A stretch of DNA of 64,000 nt from Thermoproteota archaeon. Its GTDB lineage: Archaea; Korarchaeota; Korarchaeia; Korarchaeales; Korarchaeaceae. The notes beneath the pieces were generated by a model. That model did not search any database. It saw only the letters and a program-made list of their open reading frames with translations, and was not told the DNA's origin. The translations under genes were made by a program, and so were the position numbers. The stretch is from contig JAOZGC010000001.1 in NCBI GenBank assembly GCA_027491915.1, positions 32,001 through 96,000 of the forward strand, given 5' to 3'. Positions 17,484 to 26,581 of the stretch are shown here, in pieces (the first letter of the stretch is position 1; each line of letters begins with the position of its first letter).

Positions 17484-17904
17484 GGTCAGCGTGGGACACC
17501 TGGCCCTCCTCATGGCCTTGGTGATCGGCCTGGCGGCCTTCTCGATCCTCCTTATATGGCTCTCCGTGCTGGACATCAGGGCGGGCAGAGACGCCATGAA
17601 CGCCTTCTTCCAATTCATCATGGGGCTGGCTGGCCTGGCCCTGGCCGGGAAGTCCCTGGCCGACATGACCAGGATGAGGCTGTCCAGCGGGGAGAAGCCC
17701 GTGGAGGTGGTTTCTGTCATCCAGTGCGTCGACTGCGGACACTCCGCCGAGAGGAACTTCTCCGATGGGGAGTACGTCGGCATGCTGACCGGAGAGCGAT
17801 GTCCGGAGTGCGGGGGCCCGGTCTACGTGGCCAGGATATACGTCAAGGGCGGGGGGGAGGAGAGACGCCAGAGGAGGATCCTGGGCCTTCCCGCGGCGGC
17901 GTGA
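17449..17904 (+). CDS. Two-TM membrane protein with C-terminal Zn ribbon
   Basis: Two TM helices, then CVDC...CPEC; coupled to the DUF1512 gene. Confidence 0.75.
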   Translation: MSGSGEREQRREVSVGHLALLMALVIGLAAFSILLIWLSVLDIRAGRDAMNAFFQFIMGLAGLALAGKSLADMTRMRLSSGEKPVEVVSVIQCVDCGHSAERNFSDGEYVGMLTGERCPECGGPVYVARIYVKGGGEERRQRRILGLPAAA

Positions 17905-17915
17905 AGGCGGGAGCC

Positions 17916-18365
17916 ATGCACGGCAAGATACACGTGGTCCCCTGCGTCGTGGTATTCGACGACTCCTTCAGGGTCCTCCTACTGAGGAGGTCCAAGAACA
18001 AGAGGTTCAGGGACAGGTGGGAGATACCGGGGGGGAGCCTCAGGTTCGGCGAGACCCCCAGGCGGGGGGCCGCCAGGGAGCTCAGGGAGGAGACCGGGTT
18101 CGACGTCCACCCGAGGGAGCTCATACCGGTGGACTCCTTCGGCTTCGTCTACACGGGCGTCGAGTTCGTGATCCCCCTCTACACCGTCAAGAGGTCGGGC
18201 GAGCCTGTCTTGAGGCCCAGGGAACACGAGGACTGGGGGTGGTTCGATCTGGATTCCGTCGTCAGGATGGAGAGGGCCGGGGAGACCATGATGGGGGTCT
18301 CCCTGATGGTCAGGGAGGCCTACAAGGTCTGGGAGTCGATCCAGGGCAGGGTGAGGGGGGTCTGA
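17916..18365 (+). CDS. NUDIX hydrolase
   Basis: WEIPGGSLRFGETPRRGAARELREETG Nudix box. Confidence 0.9.
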   Translation: MHGKIHVVPCVVVFDDSFRVLLLRRSKNKRFRDRWEIPGGSLRFGETPRRGAARELREETGFDVHPRELIPVDSFGFVYTGVEFVIPLYTVKRSGEPVLRPREHEDWGWFDLDSVVRMERAGETMMGVSLMVREAYKVWESIQGRVRGV

Positions 18366-18366
18366 C

Positions 18367-19134
18367 TTGGACGTGGGGGAGATGGCGCTCGCGATCCTAC
18401 AGGGCGTACTGGAGTGGCTGCCGGTCAGCAGCGAGGGCCAGCTGGTCCAGATCTCCATCTTGGCCCTGGGGATGCCGCCGGAGAGGGCCCTGAACGAGGC
18501 CCTCTTCCTGCACCTCGGAACCGCCCTCGCCGCCCTCGTCGCGCTGAGGAAGGAGGTGGCGGACGCCCTGGCCGGGATACCCCGGGGGGAGGATTTCTCC
18601 AAGTTCGTCGTCGTCTCCGTGGTGGTCTCGGCCCTGGTGGGCCTCCCTGTGATGGTGGCCGTAAAGGGAGCGTCCCCCTCCATCGGGGGGGCGGCCATGA
18701 TCGCCTTCTCCCTCGTCCTGGTGGCGGTCGGCGCGGTCCTCAGGGTGGCCGAGTCCAGGGGTCCCCCGTCCGGGAGGGGGATCTCCCCGAGGGAGGGGGT
18801 GGTGGCCGGCCTGGCCCAGGGTCTGGCCGCGATTCCCGGGGTGAGCAGGTCGGGCTCGACCGTGGCCGCCCTCCTCCTCATGGGATCCGATCCGGAGGAG
18901 GCCCTGAGGGCCTCCTTCCTCATAGGGATACCGGCCACCATGGGGGCGTCCGCGCTCTCACCCCCGCCCGAACTCTCCCTCGGTCAGATGGCGGTCCTAG
19001 TCTCCGTCAGCTTCGCCGTCGGCCTGATATCCCTGAGGATCCTCCTCTCGGCGGCTAGGAGGGTCCGCATGTCGACCTTCGCCCTGGCCTTCGGGGCGGC
19101 CGGGGTGGCGCTGAACCTACCCTCCATCCTGTGA
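18367..19134 (+). CDS. uppP: Undecaprenyl-diphosphate phosphatase (BacA family)
   Basis: QGVLEWLPVSSEGQ, LHLGT, PGVSRSGST. Confidence 0.9.
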   Translation: MDVGEMALAILQGVLEWLPVSSEGQLVQISILALGMPPERALNEALFLHLGTALAALVALRKEVADALAGIPRGEDFSKFVVVSVVVSALVGLPVMVAVKGASPSIGGAAMIAFSLVLVAVGAVLRVAESRGPPSGRGISPREGVVAGLAQGLAAIPGVSRSGSTVAALLLMGSDPEEALRASFLIGIPATMGASALSPPPELSLGQMAVLVSVSFAVGLISLRILLSAARRVRMSTFALAFGAAGVALNLPSIL

Positions 19135-19192
19135 TCCCCTGGCCCCCCACCTCTCCACTCTTTCCCCCTCCGCTCCCCTCCTCCGACTCCCC

Positions 19193-20533
19193 TCAGCCGA
19201 ATATCACGGACTCCCTGCCGAAGAGCTTCGCGCTAACGATCAGCAGGAGCATCAGGTAGATCACCGACGAGGCGAAGGACTCGACCAGCGCGGCGACGTT
19301 CCCCGGGTCCACCAGGAGATCCCTGACCAGCATGGCTATGCTGGTCACGGGGGCGAGCCTGAGCGGGCCCATCATGGGGGGAGGCAGGTAGGGGACGGCC
19401 ACCATCGGTAGGACGAGGACCCCCATGGTCGCCCCCAGGTACTGCTGGGCCTCCTTGAAGGTCTTGGCGAACGAGGACGTCATGACGATCACCGCGTTCC
19501 CCGTCAGGCCGGCCAGTATCATGGCCACCACCACGCCGGCCAGCACCAGCGCCGGATTCACCCCCTCCGGTATGAGCCTGGCGGCCGCGGCGGCAGCGGC
19601 CGCCTGCCCGATCCCCGAGGGGCCAACTCCCCCGGTGACCTGGAGGCCGGCTGAGAACTCCTCCGCCATGAGGATCAGGCCCAGGATGGAAGCCATTATG
19701 GTGGACAGTCCGGCCAGCAGGGAGAAGAAGGTCATGGCCAGGTACTTCCCAGCCAATATGCTCAACCTGCCCACAGGCGCCGTGAGCAGGGCCTCTATGG
19801 TCTTTCTCTCCCTCTCCCCCGCTATCATATCGAGGGCGAACGTCCCGGCCCCGGTTATGGCTATGACCCCCACCATCATCGGGAGCATCATCGACCCGAC
19901 CACCACCTCGGGCGACACCTCCCTGCCGGTGGAGGTTACCTGGAACTCCCTCTCAACCAGGGGGTGCACGTAATCCAGGCTGAGGTTCAGGGGGCGCAGC
20001 CTCTCGCTGACTATCTCCTCCTCCACCCGGGATACCGCGGCCGAAACCATGGAGATCGCCGTAGAGGACTTCATGCTGAAGGGGTCGTAGTAGTAGTCCA
20101 CGCTGGCGGTCAGGCCCGACGTCAGGTTGGCCGTGAATCCCTCCGGTATGACCACCACCAGGTCGGCCCTCCCCCCCAGTATCTCGGCCGACGTGTTGAC
20201 CCGCCCGGTGCGCACGACCAGGGACATCCCGCCCTGGTCGGAGATCGCCGAGGCGAGTCTCCCGGCGGCCCCACCGTCGTCCAGGAGGACCAGCTCAACG
20301 ACCGGGGGGGTGGTCTTCGGGCTCACCATCAGTATGGGGATCGCCATCGCCAGCGGGATCAGCACCACGGGGAGGACTATCGTGTTGATTATGGTCCTCC
20401 TGTCCCTCAGGGCCTCGGTGATCTCCTTCCACGCCACCACCACCGGGGCGGCCTTCGGTATTCCGTACCCGGCCAGCCCCAGCCCGCGCGTCACCTTGAC
20501 CTCCCCGGATCCTATTCGCCCCCAGAGCCTCAT
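19193..20533 (-). CDS. ABC-2/NatB-like permease
   Basis: KEITEALRDRRT, AGERERKTIEALLTAP, AKTFKEAQ; true start may be further downstream. Confidence 0.88.
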   Translation of the reverse strand: MRLWGRIGSGEVKVTRGLGLAGYGIPKAAPVVVAWKEITEALRDRRTIINTIVLPVVLIPLAMAIPILMVSPKTTPPVVELVLLDDGGAAGRLASAISDQGGMSLVVRTGRVNTSAEILGGRADLVVVIPEGFTANLTSGLTASVDYYYDPFSMKSSTAISMVSAAVSRVEEEIVSERLRPLNLSLDYVHPLVEREFQVTSTGREVSPEVVVGSMMLPMMVGVIAITGAGTFALDMIAGERERKTIEALLTAPVGRLSILAGKYLAMTFFSLLAGLSTIMASILGLILMAEEFSAGLQVTGGVGPSGIGQAAAAAAAARLIPEGVNPALVLAGVVVAMILAGLTGNAVIVMTSSFAKTFKEAQQYLGATMGVLVLPMVAVPYLPPPMMGPLRLAPVTSIAMLVRDLLVDPGNVAALVESFASSVIYLMLLLIVSAKLFGRESVIFG

Positions 20534-21267
20534 GCCGTTATCTCACCCCTGACCAGCCTGACGAATATCTCCTCGAACTCCCTGAGGCCGGTCAACCTCT
20601 CCAGATCCTCGACGCCGCCGCGGTAGACCACCTTCCCCCTGTTTATCACGGCCACCGCCTCGCACAGCTTCTGGACCTCCCACATGTTGTGGGTGCTGAG
20701 CACCACCGTCTTGCCGGCCTCGGCGTGCTCCCTCATCATCCCCCTAATCTCCCTGGCGCTCATCACGTCGACCCCGGACGTCGGCTCGTCCAGCAGCAGG
20801 ACGGGGGGCTCGTGCAGGACAGCCCTGGCGAAGGTTAGCTTGGCCCTCATCCCCTTGGACAGCCTGTCCGCCAGGGTGAACCTCTTCTCCCACAGGCTCA
20901 ACCTGGTCAGGAGGTCCCTCACCCTCTCCCTCAGCTCCGACTCCTCCATCCCCCGGAGCTTGCCGAAGTAGATCAGGTTCTCCTCGGCGGTCAGCCTGGG
21001 GTAGAGGCCCGTGTCCTCCGGCATGACCCCGATGACCTCCCTGACCCCCCTCGGGTCCCTGGTGACGCTCCTCCCCATGACGACGGCGTCCCCCGAGTCG
21101 GGCCTGAGCACCCCGTATATCATCCTCAGCGTGGTCGTCTTGCCGGCCCCGTTAGGTCCGAGGAAGCCGAACACCGATCCCTCTTCCACCTCGAAGCTCA
21201 CCCCGTCCACGGCAACGACATCCCCGAACGCCTTGGTCAGCCCTACGGTGGCCACGGCCGCCGGCAT
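20530..21267 (-). CDS. ABC transporter ATP-binding protein (NatA-like)
   Basis: GPNGAGKTT, LSKGM, LLDEPTSG. Confidence 0.92.
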   Translation of the reverse strand: MPAAVATVGLTKAFGDVVAVDGVSFEVEEGSVFGFLGPNGAGKTTTLRMIYGVLRPDSGDAVVMGRSVTRDPRGVREVIGVMPEDTGLYPRLTAEENLIYFGKLRGMEESELRERVRDLLTRLSLWEKRFTLADRLSKGMRAKLTFARAVLHEPPVLLLDEPTSGVDVMSAREIRGMMREHAEAGKTVVLSTHNMWEVQKLCEAVAVINRGKVVYRGGVEDLERLTGLREFEEIFVRLVRGEITA

Positions 21268-21320
21268 ACCTCCGGCCGCCCGGGGGATTGATTTTAAACC
21301 CAGCGAGTCCGGGCGGCCGG

Positions 21321-22619
21321 ATGCGCTGGAGGAAGGTGGCAGCGGTCTCCTCGGTTCTCCTGGCCGTCGTCGCGTTCAACCCGGGTCCGGGGCCGATGAG
21401 GGTCGACGCCCACTTCTCGTCGCTGGCGGTTACCCCCTCTCAGCTGATACTCGGGGAGGCGGCCAACCTGAGCTTCAACCTCTCCAAGAGGATGAAGGTC
21501 CCCGAGGGCGTGATGAGCTGCAGGGCCAGGCTGGTGGAGGCCAACCTGACCCTGGTATTACCGCCCCAGCTGGCGGTGACCAACCTCACCGTGTCGGCAG
21601 ACCCGCAGGATGTGGAGGTCTCGGTCTCCGGCCGCAGGATCTCGGTCAGGCACCGGGAGGACGTGTTGTCCGTGACCCTGAGGGCCTCCGTGATCGCGCC
21701 GCTGAACTCGACCCCCGGGGTCTATCCCATAAGGGTACTGGCCTTAGGCAAGGAGATCCTGCCCAACGAATCCGTGAGGTATCTCAACGCCACCCAGAAG
21801 ATCGTCCTGACGGTCGGATCTTGGCACCCGGCGGCCGAGCTGAGGGTGTTCCCCTCCAGGATAACTCCCCCCGGGAGGATCGCCGTCAGGGTGGACGTGG
21901 GGAACCCGTCGGCCCTCTGGGTGGTCAGGCCGGGCGGCCGGCTGGAGATGGTCAACCTGACCATAAGGGACGCGGCGGTCGCGTTGACCTCCACCTTCAT
22001 GGGCGGACAGGACGTGATCCGGGTGGGGGAAGTCGGACCAGGCCGGGTGGAGGTGATAAACAGGGTTTACGACCTACCGGACGGCGTTCCGGCCGGGGCC
22101 CACCAGGTAGTGGCCCTGGTCTCGGGGTCGGTTGGGCCGACTTCCGGGTCGGTCATCGTCAGGGACGACCTGGAGATAGTGGAGCAGGCCGACGTGAGGG
22201 TGGAGTCCCTGGACCTGCCGGCGGAGGTGGACGAGAACTCCACCTTCCCGGTCAATATAACCGTCAGGAACTACTCCCCCTTCCCGGCCAAGTCCGTCTC
22301 CGTCAGGGCGGCGGCCGGCGGGGTCGGGGACGAGGTCTACCTCGGCGACCTGGGGGGCTACGAGGTCAGGAGCGTCGTGGTGAACCTCCGGTCCGGGGGG
22401 GCCGGCAACCTGACCGTCGAGGTCGAGGTCTCATGGAGGGACGCATACCCTCCCCAGGCCAGGGAGGCGAGCGCCGAGGCCGCCATCTCGGTCTCCCGGT
22501 CGGGGGGATCGGGAGGGGGGCTGGCCGTCCCCGCAGATCTGATGCTGGTCGCCGGCGCCCTGGCGGTCGGGCTGGTGATGGGGTACGCCTGGCGCAGGCC
22601 GAAGGCAGGTGAGCGCTAG
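21321..22619 (+). CDS. Cell-surface protein with CARDB/COG1361-like Ig domains and C-terminal TM anchor
   Basis: Signal peptide, beta-rich repeats (VNITVRNY...LGDLGGYE), glycosylation sequons, C-terminal TM + RRPK. Confidence 0.7.
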   Translation: MRWRKVAAVSSVLLAVVAFNPGPGPMRVDAHFSSLAVTPSQLILGEAANLSFNLSKRMKVPEGVMSCRARLVEANLTLVLPPQLAVTNLTVSADPQDVEVSVSGRRISVRHREDVLSVTLRASVIAPLNSTPGVYPIRVLALGKEILPNESVRYLNATQKIVLTVGSWHPAAELRVFPSRITPPGRIAVRVDVGNPSALWVVRPGGRLEMVNLTIRDAAVALTSTFMGGQDVIRVGEVGPGRVEVINRVYDLPDGVPAGAHQVVALVSGSVGPTSGSVIVRDDLEIVEQADVRVESLDLPAEVDENSTFPVNITVRNYSPFPAKSVSVRAAAGGVGDEVYLGDLGGYEVRSVVVNLRSGGAGNLTVEVEVSWRDAYPPQAREASAEAAISVSRSGGSGGGLAVPADLMLVAGALAVGLVMGYAWRRPKAGER

Positions 22620-23331
22620 GCTCTCCCGAGAGGAGAGGGGGCGGCTCCTGGACCTCCTCGTCGGTGCCGGGGCGCAGTTGCTGAATCCCGGGCCGCACGA
22701 GGAGTTCCGGGCCACCCTGGGAGGATCAACCCTGGTGGCCTACCTGAGCGGGGCCGTGGTCTACCACCCGGAGCTGGTCGAGCTGGTAGAGGCCGCCCTC
22801 ACCCCGCCCCATGGGACTGAGCTCGGATCCGACGAGGCCGGCAAGGGAGAGTCCGAGGGTCCCCTTGCCGTCGCCGCGGTCGCCCTGGATCCCCCCGCCG
22901 CGGTCAGGCTGAGGGCCAGGGGGCTGGCTGAGACCAAGTCCATCTCCAGGTCGGCCCTCCCCAGGATCGCCTCCGAGATAGAGGAGGAGGCCCTCTCCGT
23001 CGCTGTCAGGCTGGTCACCGTGTCGGAGTTCAGGAGAGTCTGGTCCCGCGGCAACCTGAACGACCTGCTCACCGGGTGGCACCTGGAGGTGCTGGAGGAG
23101 GCGGCAGAGCGCGCGGGCCGGGTGGACATCATAGCGGTGGACTCCTTCGACGAGAGGAGGCTGACGGCAGCCCTGAGGCCGCTGGCCGAGAGGCTGGGCG
23201 CCGAGCTTGTTGTGGTTCCCGGGGCCGACTCCAGGTTTCCCAGCGTGGCGGCGGCGAGCGTCGTCGCGAGGGTCGCCAGGGAGAGGGCCATGGCCGGAGG
23301 GCGTCGGGAGGGCGCGGGGAGGAAGTGGTGA
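22609..23331 (+). CDS. Type 2 ribonuclease H, HIII-like architecture
   Basis: GSDEAGKG...GPL, AVDSF, AD...VAAASVVAR; N-terminal extension with TLVAYLSGAVVY. Confidence 0.8.
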   Translation: MSARLSREERGRLLDLLVGAGAQLLNPGPHEEFRATLGGSTLVAYLSGAVVYHPELVELVEAALTPPHGTELGSDEAGKGESEGPLAVAAVALDPPAAVRLRARGLAETKSISRSALPRIASEIEEEALSVAVRLVTVSEFRRVWSRGNLNDLLTGWHLEVLEEAAERAGRVDIIAVDSFDERRLTAALRPLAERLGAELVVVPGADSRFPSVAAASVVARVARERAMAGGRREGAGRKW

Positions 23332-23365
23332 CGCGGCCGATCGGCCGTCTTGAGAGGTCCGGGAC

Positions 23366-24646
23366 CTAGCCGGCCAGCCTCTCGGCGGACCTCGCGTGGC
23401 CGGGGAGACCCTCCAACGCGGCCAGCGTCTTGACGAGCTCGGCCAGCTCTGGGGCGGGCCTCCCGTTAAGTCTGGCGAAGGCCACCGCCCTCATGAAGTC
23501 TCTGGTGGTCAGGACCCCGTAGCTCCTGGAGAAGCCCGAGGTCGGGAGGAGCTGGTTCACGCCGAGCGCGTAGTCGCCCACGGAGCTCGGGGTCCTCGCC
23601 CCGACGAACACCGCCCCGGCGGTCTTTATCTCCCCGTGGAGGCCCTCCACCTCCGACCCCAGCAGGGCCACCCTCTCCGGGGCGAGGGCGTTCACAGCCT
23701 CCACCGCCTCTCCCACCGAGTCGAACACCAGCGCCACCCCCCTGCTGTCCATGGCCACCCTGGCCACCTCTCCCCGGGGCAGGTCCTCCGCTATGCGGAA
23801 AGCCCTCTCCAGAGCGATCTCGGCGAACTCCTCGCTCGTCGTAATCAGCGCCACGAACGAGTCGACGTCGTGCTCTGCCTGGGAGACCAGCTCCATGGCC
23901 ACCTCCCCGGGATCGGCGCTGGGATCTGCCAGGACGACGTGCTCCGACGGGCCGGACGGACCGTCTATGGCCACATCCTGGGCCACCATCTGCTTAGCCG
24001 CCATGAAGTAGTTGTCTCCCGATCCGAATATCTTGTCCACGGCCTGTATGGCCGCGGTGCCGTAGGCCATCGCCCCGACGGCCGGCGGCCCCCCCACCCT
24101 GTAGACTTCGTCCACCCCCAGCATGGCGCAGGCCGCCAGCAGGATCGGGTGGACCCTCCCCCCAGGCAGGGGCGGGGTGAAGACGGCCACCTCCTCCACC
24201 CCCGCCACCCTGGCCGGTATGGCCGTGAAGAGGAGGGTGGACACGTAGGGCACGTCCTCGAACTCCGGTATGTGTATGCCCACCCTGGATATTGGGAGCC
24301 ACCTTATCCCGTACTCCCCTATCTCCTCCCTCAGGATGACGTCCCCCGGCATCTCCATCCTGTGAAACGTCTCTATCCTCTCTATGGCCGCCTCTAGGGC
24401 CTCCCTCTCGTTCCTGCCAATCTTCGCGAGCGAATCCTCCAGGAGCCCCGCCGCCACCCGGAACTCCTCTGGCGGCAGGTCCACGCCGTACAGCTTTGAC
24501 AGGCCGTCCCTGACCCCGTCGTCCCCCCTGAGCTTTATCTCTCTTATTATGGGGGCTACGGCCTCGCGGAATATGGCGCCCTCCGCATTCCTCGTCTCCA
24601 GGGAGGCCACCGCGGCCCAGGCATCCTTCCCCCTGAGGATCCTCAA
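23366..24646 (-). CDS. hisD: Histidinol dehydrogenase-family protein (divergent)
   Basis: GPSE, QAEH, GDY, LPT, EGLPGHARS; several non-canonical substitutions. Confidence 0.8.
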   Translation of the reverse strand: MRILRGKDAWAAVASLETRNAEGAIFREAVAPIIREIKLRGDDGVRDGLSKLYGVDLPPEEFRVAAGLLEDSLAKIGRNEREALEAAIERIETFHRMEMPGDVILREEIGEYGIRWLPISRVGIHIPEFEDVPYVSTLLFTAIPARVAGVEEVAVFTPPLPGGRVHPILLAACAMLGVDEVYRVGGPPAVGAMAYGTAAIQAVDKIFGSGDNYFMAAKQMVAQDVAIDGPSGPSEHVVLADPSADPGEVAMELVSQAEHDVDSFVALITTSEEFAEIALERAFRIAEDLPRGEVARVAMDSRGVALVFDSVGEAVEAVNALAPERVALLGSEVEGLHGEIKTAGAVFVGARTPSSVGDYALGVNQLLPTSGFSRSYGVLTTRDFMRAVAFARLNGRPAPELAELVKTLAALEGLPGHARSAERLAG

Positions 24647-24673
24647 GTCGGCTCCCGTCGGGGCGATTACCCC

Positions 24674-24687
24674 CCATTAATTAATGG
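24674..24687. promoter_or_regulatory. Perfect palindrome CCATTAATTAATGG, probable bidirectional TATA element
   Basis: About 28 nt from the hisD start on one side and about 20 nt from the candidate sRNA on the other. Confidence 0.55.
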
Positions 24688-24706
24688 TTGGGTTTCCCCC
24701 GGGACC

Positions 24707-24767
24707 GGGGGGATGAGGTGGCCATCCCAGAGTGATCCCTGATCGGCCCTGGAGTAACCGACCCCCC
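24707..24767 (+). ncRNA. Candidate box C/D methylation guide sRNA
   Basis: G6/C6 terminal stem enclosing a GGATGA C-like box and a CCGA D-like box; internal CAGA and TGATC; guide GCCCTGGAGTAA. Confidence 0.6.
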
Positions 24768-24811
24768 TCTCTCCACCTATTTTTAACGCGGTTCCCCTGA
24801 CTTCCGGGAGG

Positions 24812-26566
24812 GTGATCACCGGTTTGGAGGATCTGATGAGGCTCGCCATGGCTCTGGCCGCCGAGAACGCCCTGAAGCACGGTGAGGCCAGGGTCCAACC
24901 GGTGCTCGGGAAGATCCTGGCCGTCGACCCCGGGCTCAAGGGCAGGGTCAGGGAGCTGCTGCCGATCGTCAGGGAGGCTGTGGAGAGGGTCAACTCGATG
25001 GACCCCGGGGAGCTGGAGTCCCTCGCCTCCCTGGCCCCGGCCAGGGGCCGGGGGGAGGGTGGTGGGGAGAGGAGGTGGCCCCCCCTGGAGGGGGTCGGGC
25101 CCCAGGGCACCGTGGTGACCAGGGTGGCCCCCGAGCCGAACGGACACCCCACGCTGGGCCACGTCAAGGGGCTGATGGTTCCCTTCGTCTACGCCAGGAT
25201 GTACCGGGGGAGGTTCCTGCTCAGGTTCGAGGACACCAATCCAAGGGTGGAGAGGCTGGAGTTCTACGACGCCATAAGGGAGGAGTTCTCCATCGTGCTG
25301 GAGGCCGCGGAGAGGAGGCTCGGCCTGTCCCCTGGGAGGTGGGACGAGGAGATAATAGAGTCGGATCACCTGGGGGAGATGTACTCCCACGCCGAGAGGC
25401 TGATCTCCGACGGCAACGCCTACGTGTGCACCTGCCCCGCCGAGAGGGTCAGGAGGAACAGGTCGGCCGGGGTGGCCTGTCCCCACAGGGATCAGCCCCC
25501 AGAGGTCAACCTCGAGCTCTGGGACAGGATGCTCGAGGGGGGCTTCGCCGAGGGAGAGGCCCACCTGAGGCTGAAGACCTCCATGACCCACCCCAACCTG
25601 ACTATGAGGGATCCCGGCATCTTCAGGATAGTGGACCACCCGCACCCCATACAGGGGGACAGGTACAGGGTCTACCCGACCTACGACTTCGCCGTCAGCG
25701 TGATGGACGCCCTCACCGGGGTGACCCACGCATTCAGGAGCAAGGAGTTCGAGCCGCACGTCGAGGTCCAGAGGACCATACTGAAGATGCTCGGTTTCAG
25801 GCAGTTCGAGATGATCCAGTTCGGCCGGATAACCGTAGAGGGGCTCCCCCTCTCCAAGAGGCACATAAGGCCCCTGGTATCGGCGGGCATACTCTGGGGG
25901 TGGGACGACCCCAGGATACCCACCCTCAGGGGCCTCAGGAGGAGGGGTATAGCCCCGGAGGCCCTGGTCGCCCTGATGTACGACCTCGGTCCGAGCAAGG
26001 TTGACTCCACCGTCACGATGGACGCCATAGCCTCCTACAACAGGAAGTGGCTCGACCCCAGGGTGCCGAGGTACATGTTCGTGGCCGACCCGGTGAGGGC
26101 CGAGATACACGGGGCGCCCGGAGATCTGACGGCCGAGGTCAGGGTCCACCCGGACAGGCCGGAGATGGGGGTCAGGAGGATAAGGGTGCCGGCTCGGGCC
26201 GGGGTGGTCGAGGTCTACGTTTCCTGGTCGGATCACAGGAGGCTCCGCCGGGGTCAGGAGGTGAGGCTGAGGGGGCTGGTCAACGCGGAGGTCAGGGGGG
26301 TGACCCCGGACGGGCTCACCCTGAGGTACCTGCCGGGGGTGAGGACCGACGTCCCCATAATCCACTGGGCCCCGGTGGAGGGCGCCACGCCGGCGGTGGT
26401 CCTCGCCCCAAAGAGCGCCTACAGCTACGAGTCCTTCGGGGGTTTCGGGGAGCCAGCCATGTCCGAGCTGAGGGAGGGGGACCTGGTCCAGCTGGTCAGG
26501 TTCGGCTTCGCCAGGGTCGACGGGAGGGAGGGCGCCACGGTCAAGTTGATACGCTCCCACGGCTGA
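24812..26566 (+). CDS. gltX: Glutamate--tRNA ligase (archaeal type)
   Basis: RVAPEPNG..TLGH, RFEDTNP, YPTYDF, LSKR, WDDPRIPT, QLVRFGF. Confidence 0.96.
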   Translation: MITGLEDLMRLAMALAAENALKHGEARVQPVLGKILAVDPGLKGRVRELLPIVREAVERVNSMDPGELESLASLAPARGRGEGGGERRWPPLEGVGPQGTVVTRVAPEPNGHPTLGHVKGLMVPFVYARMYRGRFLLRFEDTNPRVERLEFYDAIREEFSIVLEAAERRLGLSPGRWDEEIIESDHLGEMYSHAERLISDGNAYVCTCPAERVRRNRSAGVACPHRDQPPEVNLELWDRMLEGGFAEGEAHLRLKTSMTHPNLTMRDPGIFRIVDHPHPIQGDRYRVYPTYDFAVSVMDALTGVTHAFRSKEFEPHVEVQRTILKMLGFRQFEMIQFGRITVEGLPLSKRHIRPLVSAGILWGWDDPRIPTLRGLRRRGIAPEALVALMYDLGPSKVDSTVTMDAIASYNRKWLDPRVPRYMFVADPVRAEIHGAPGDLTAEVRVHPDRPEMGVRRIRVPARAGVVEVYVSWSDHRRLRRGQEVRLRGLVNAEVRGVTPDGLTLRYLPGVRTDVPIIHWAPVEGATPAVVLAPKSAYSYESFGGFGEPAMSELREGDLVQLVRFGFARVDGREGATVKLIRSHG

Positions 26567-26581
26567 TCACCCGCGGTCACC

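Noticed and set aside
24707-24767. Fluoride riboswitch or hammerhead suggested by GGGGATGAGG...CTGAT
   Set aside because: The required P1/pseudoknot pairing and the CTGATGA/GAAA core are absent; a C/D architecture fits better.
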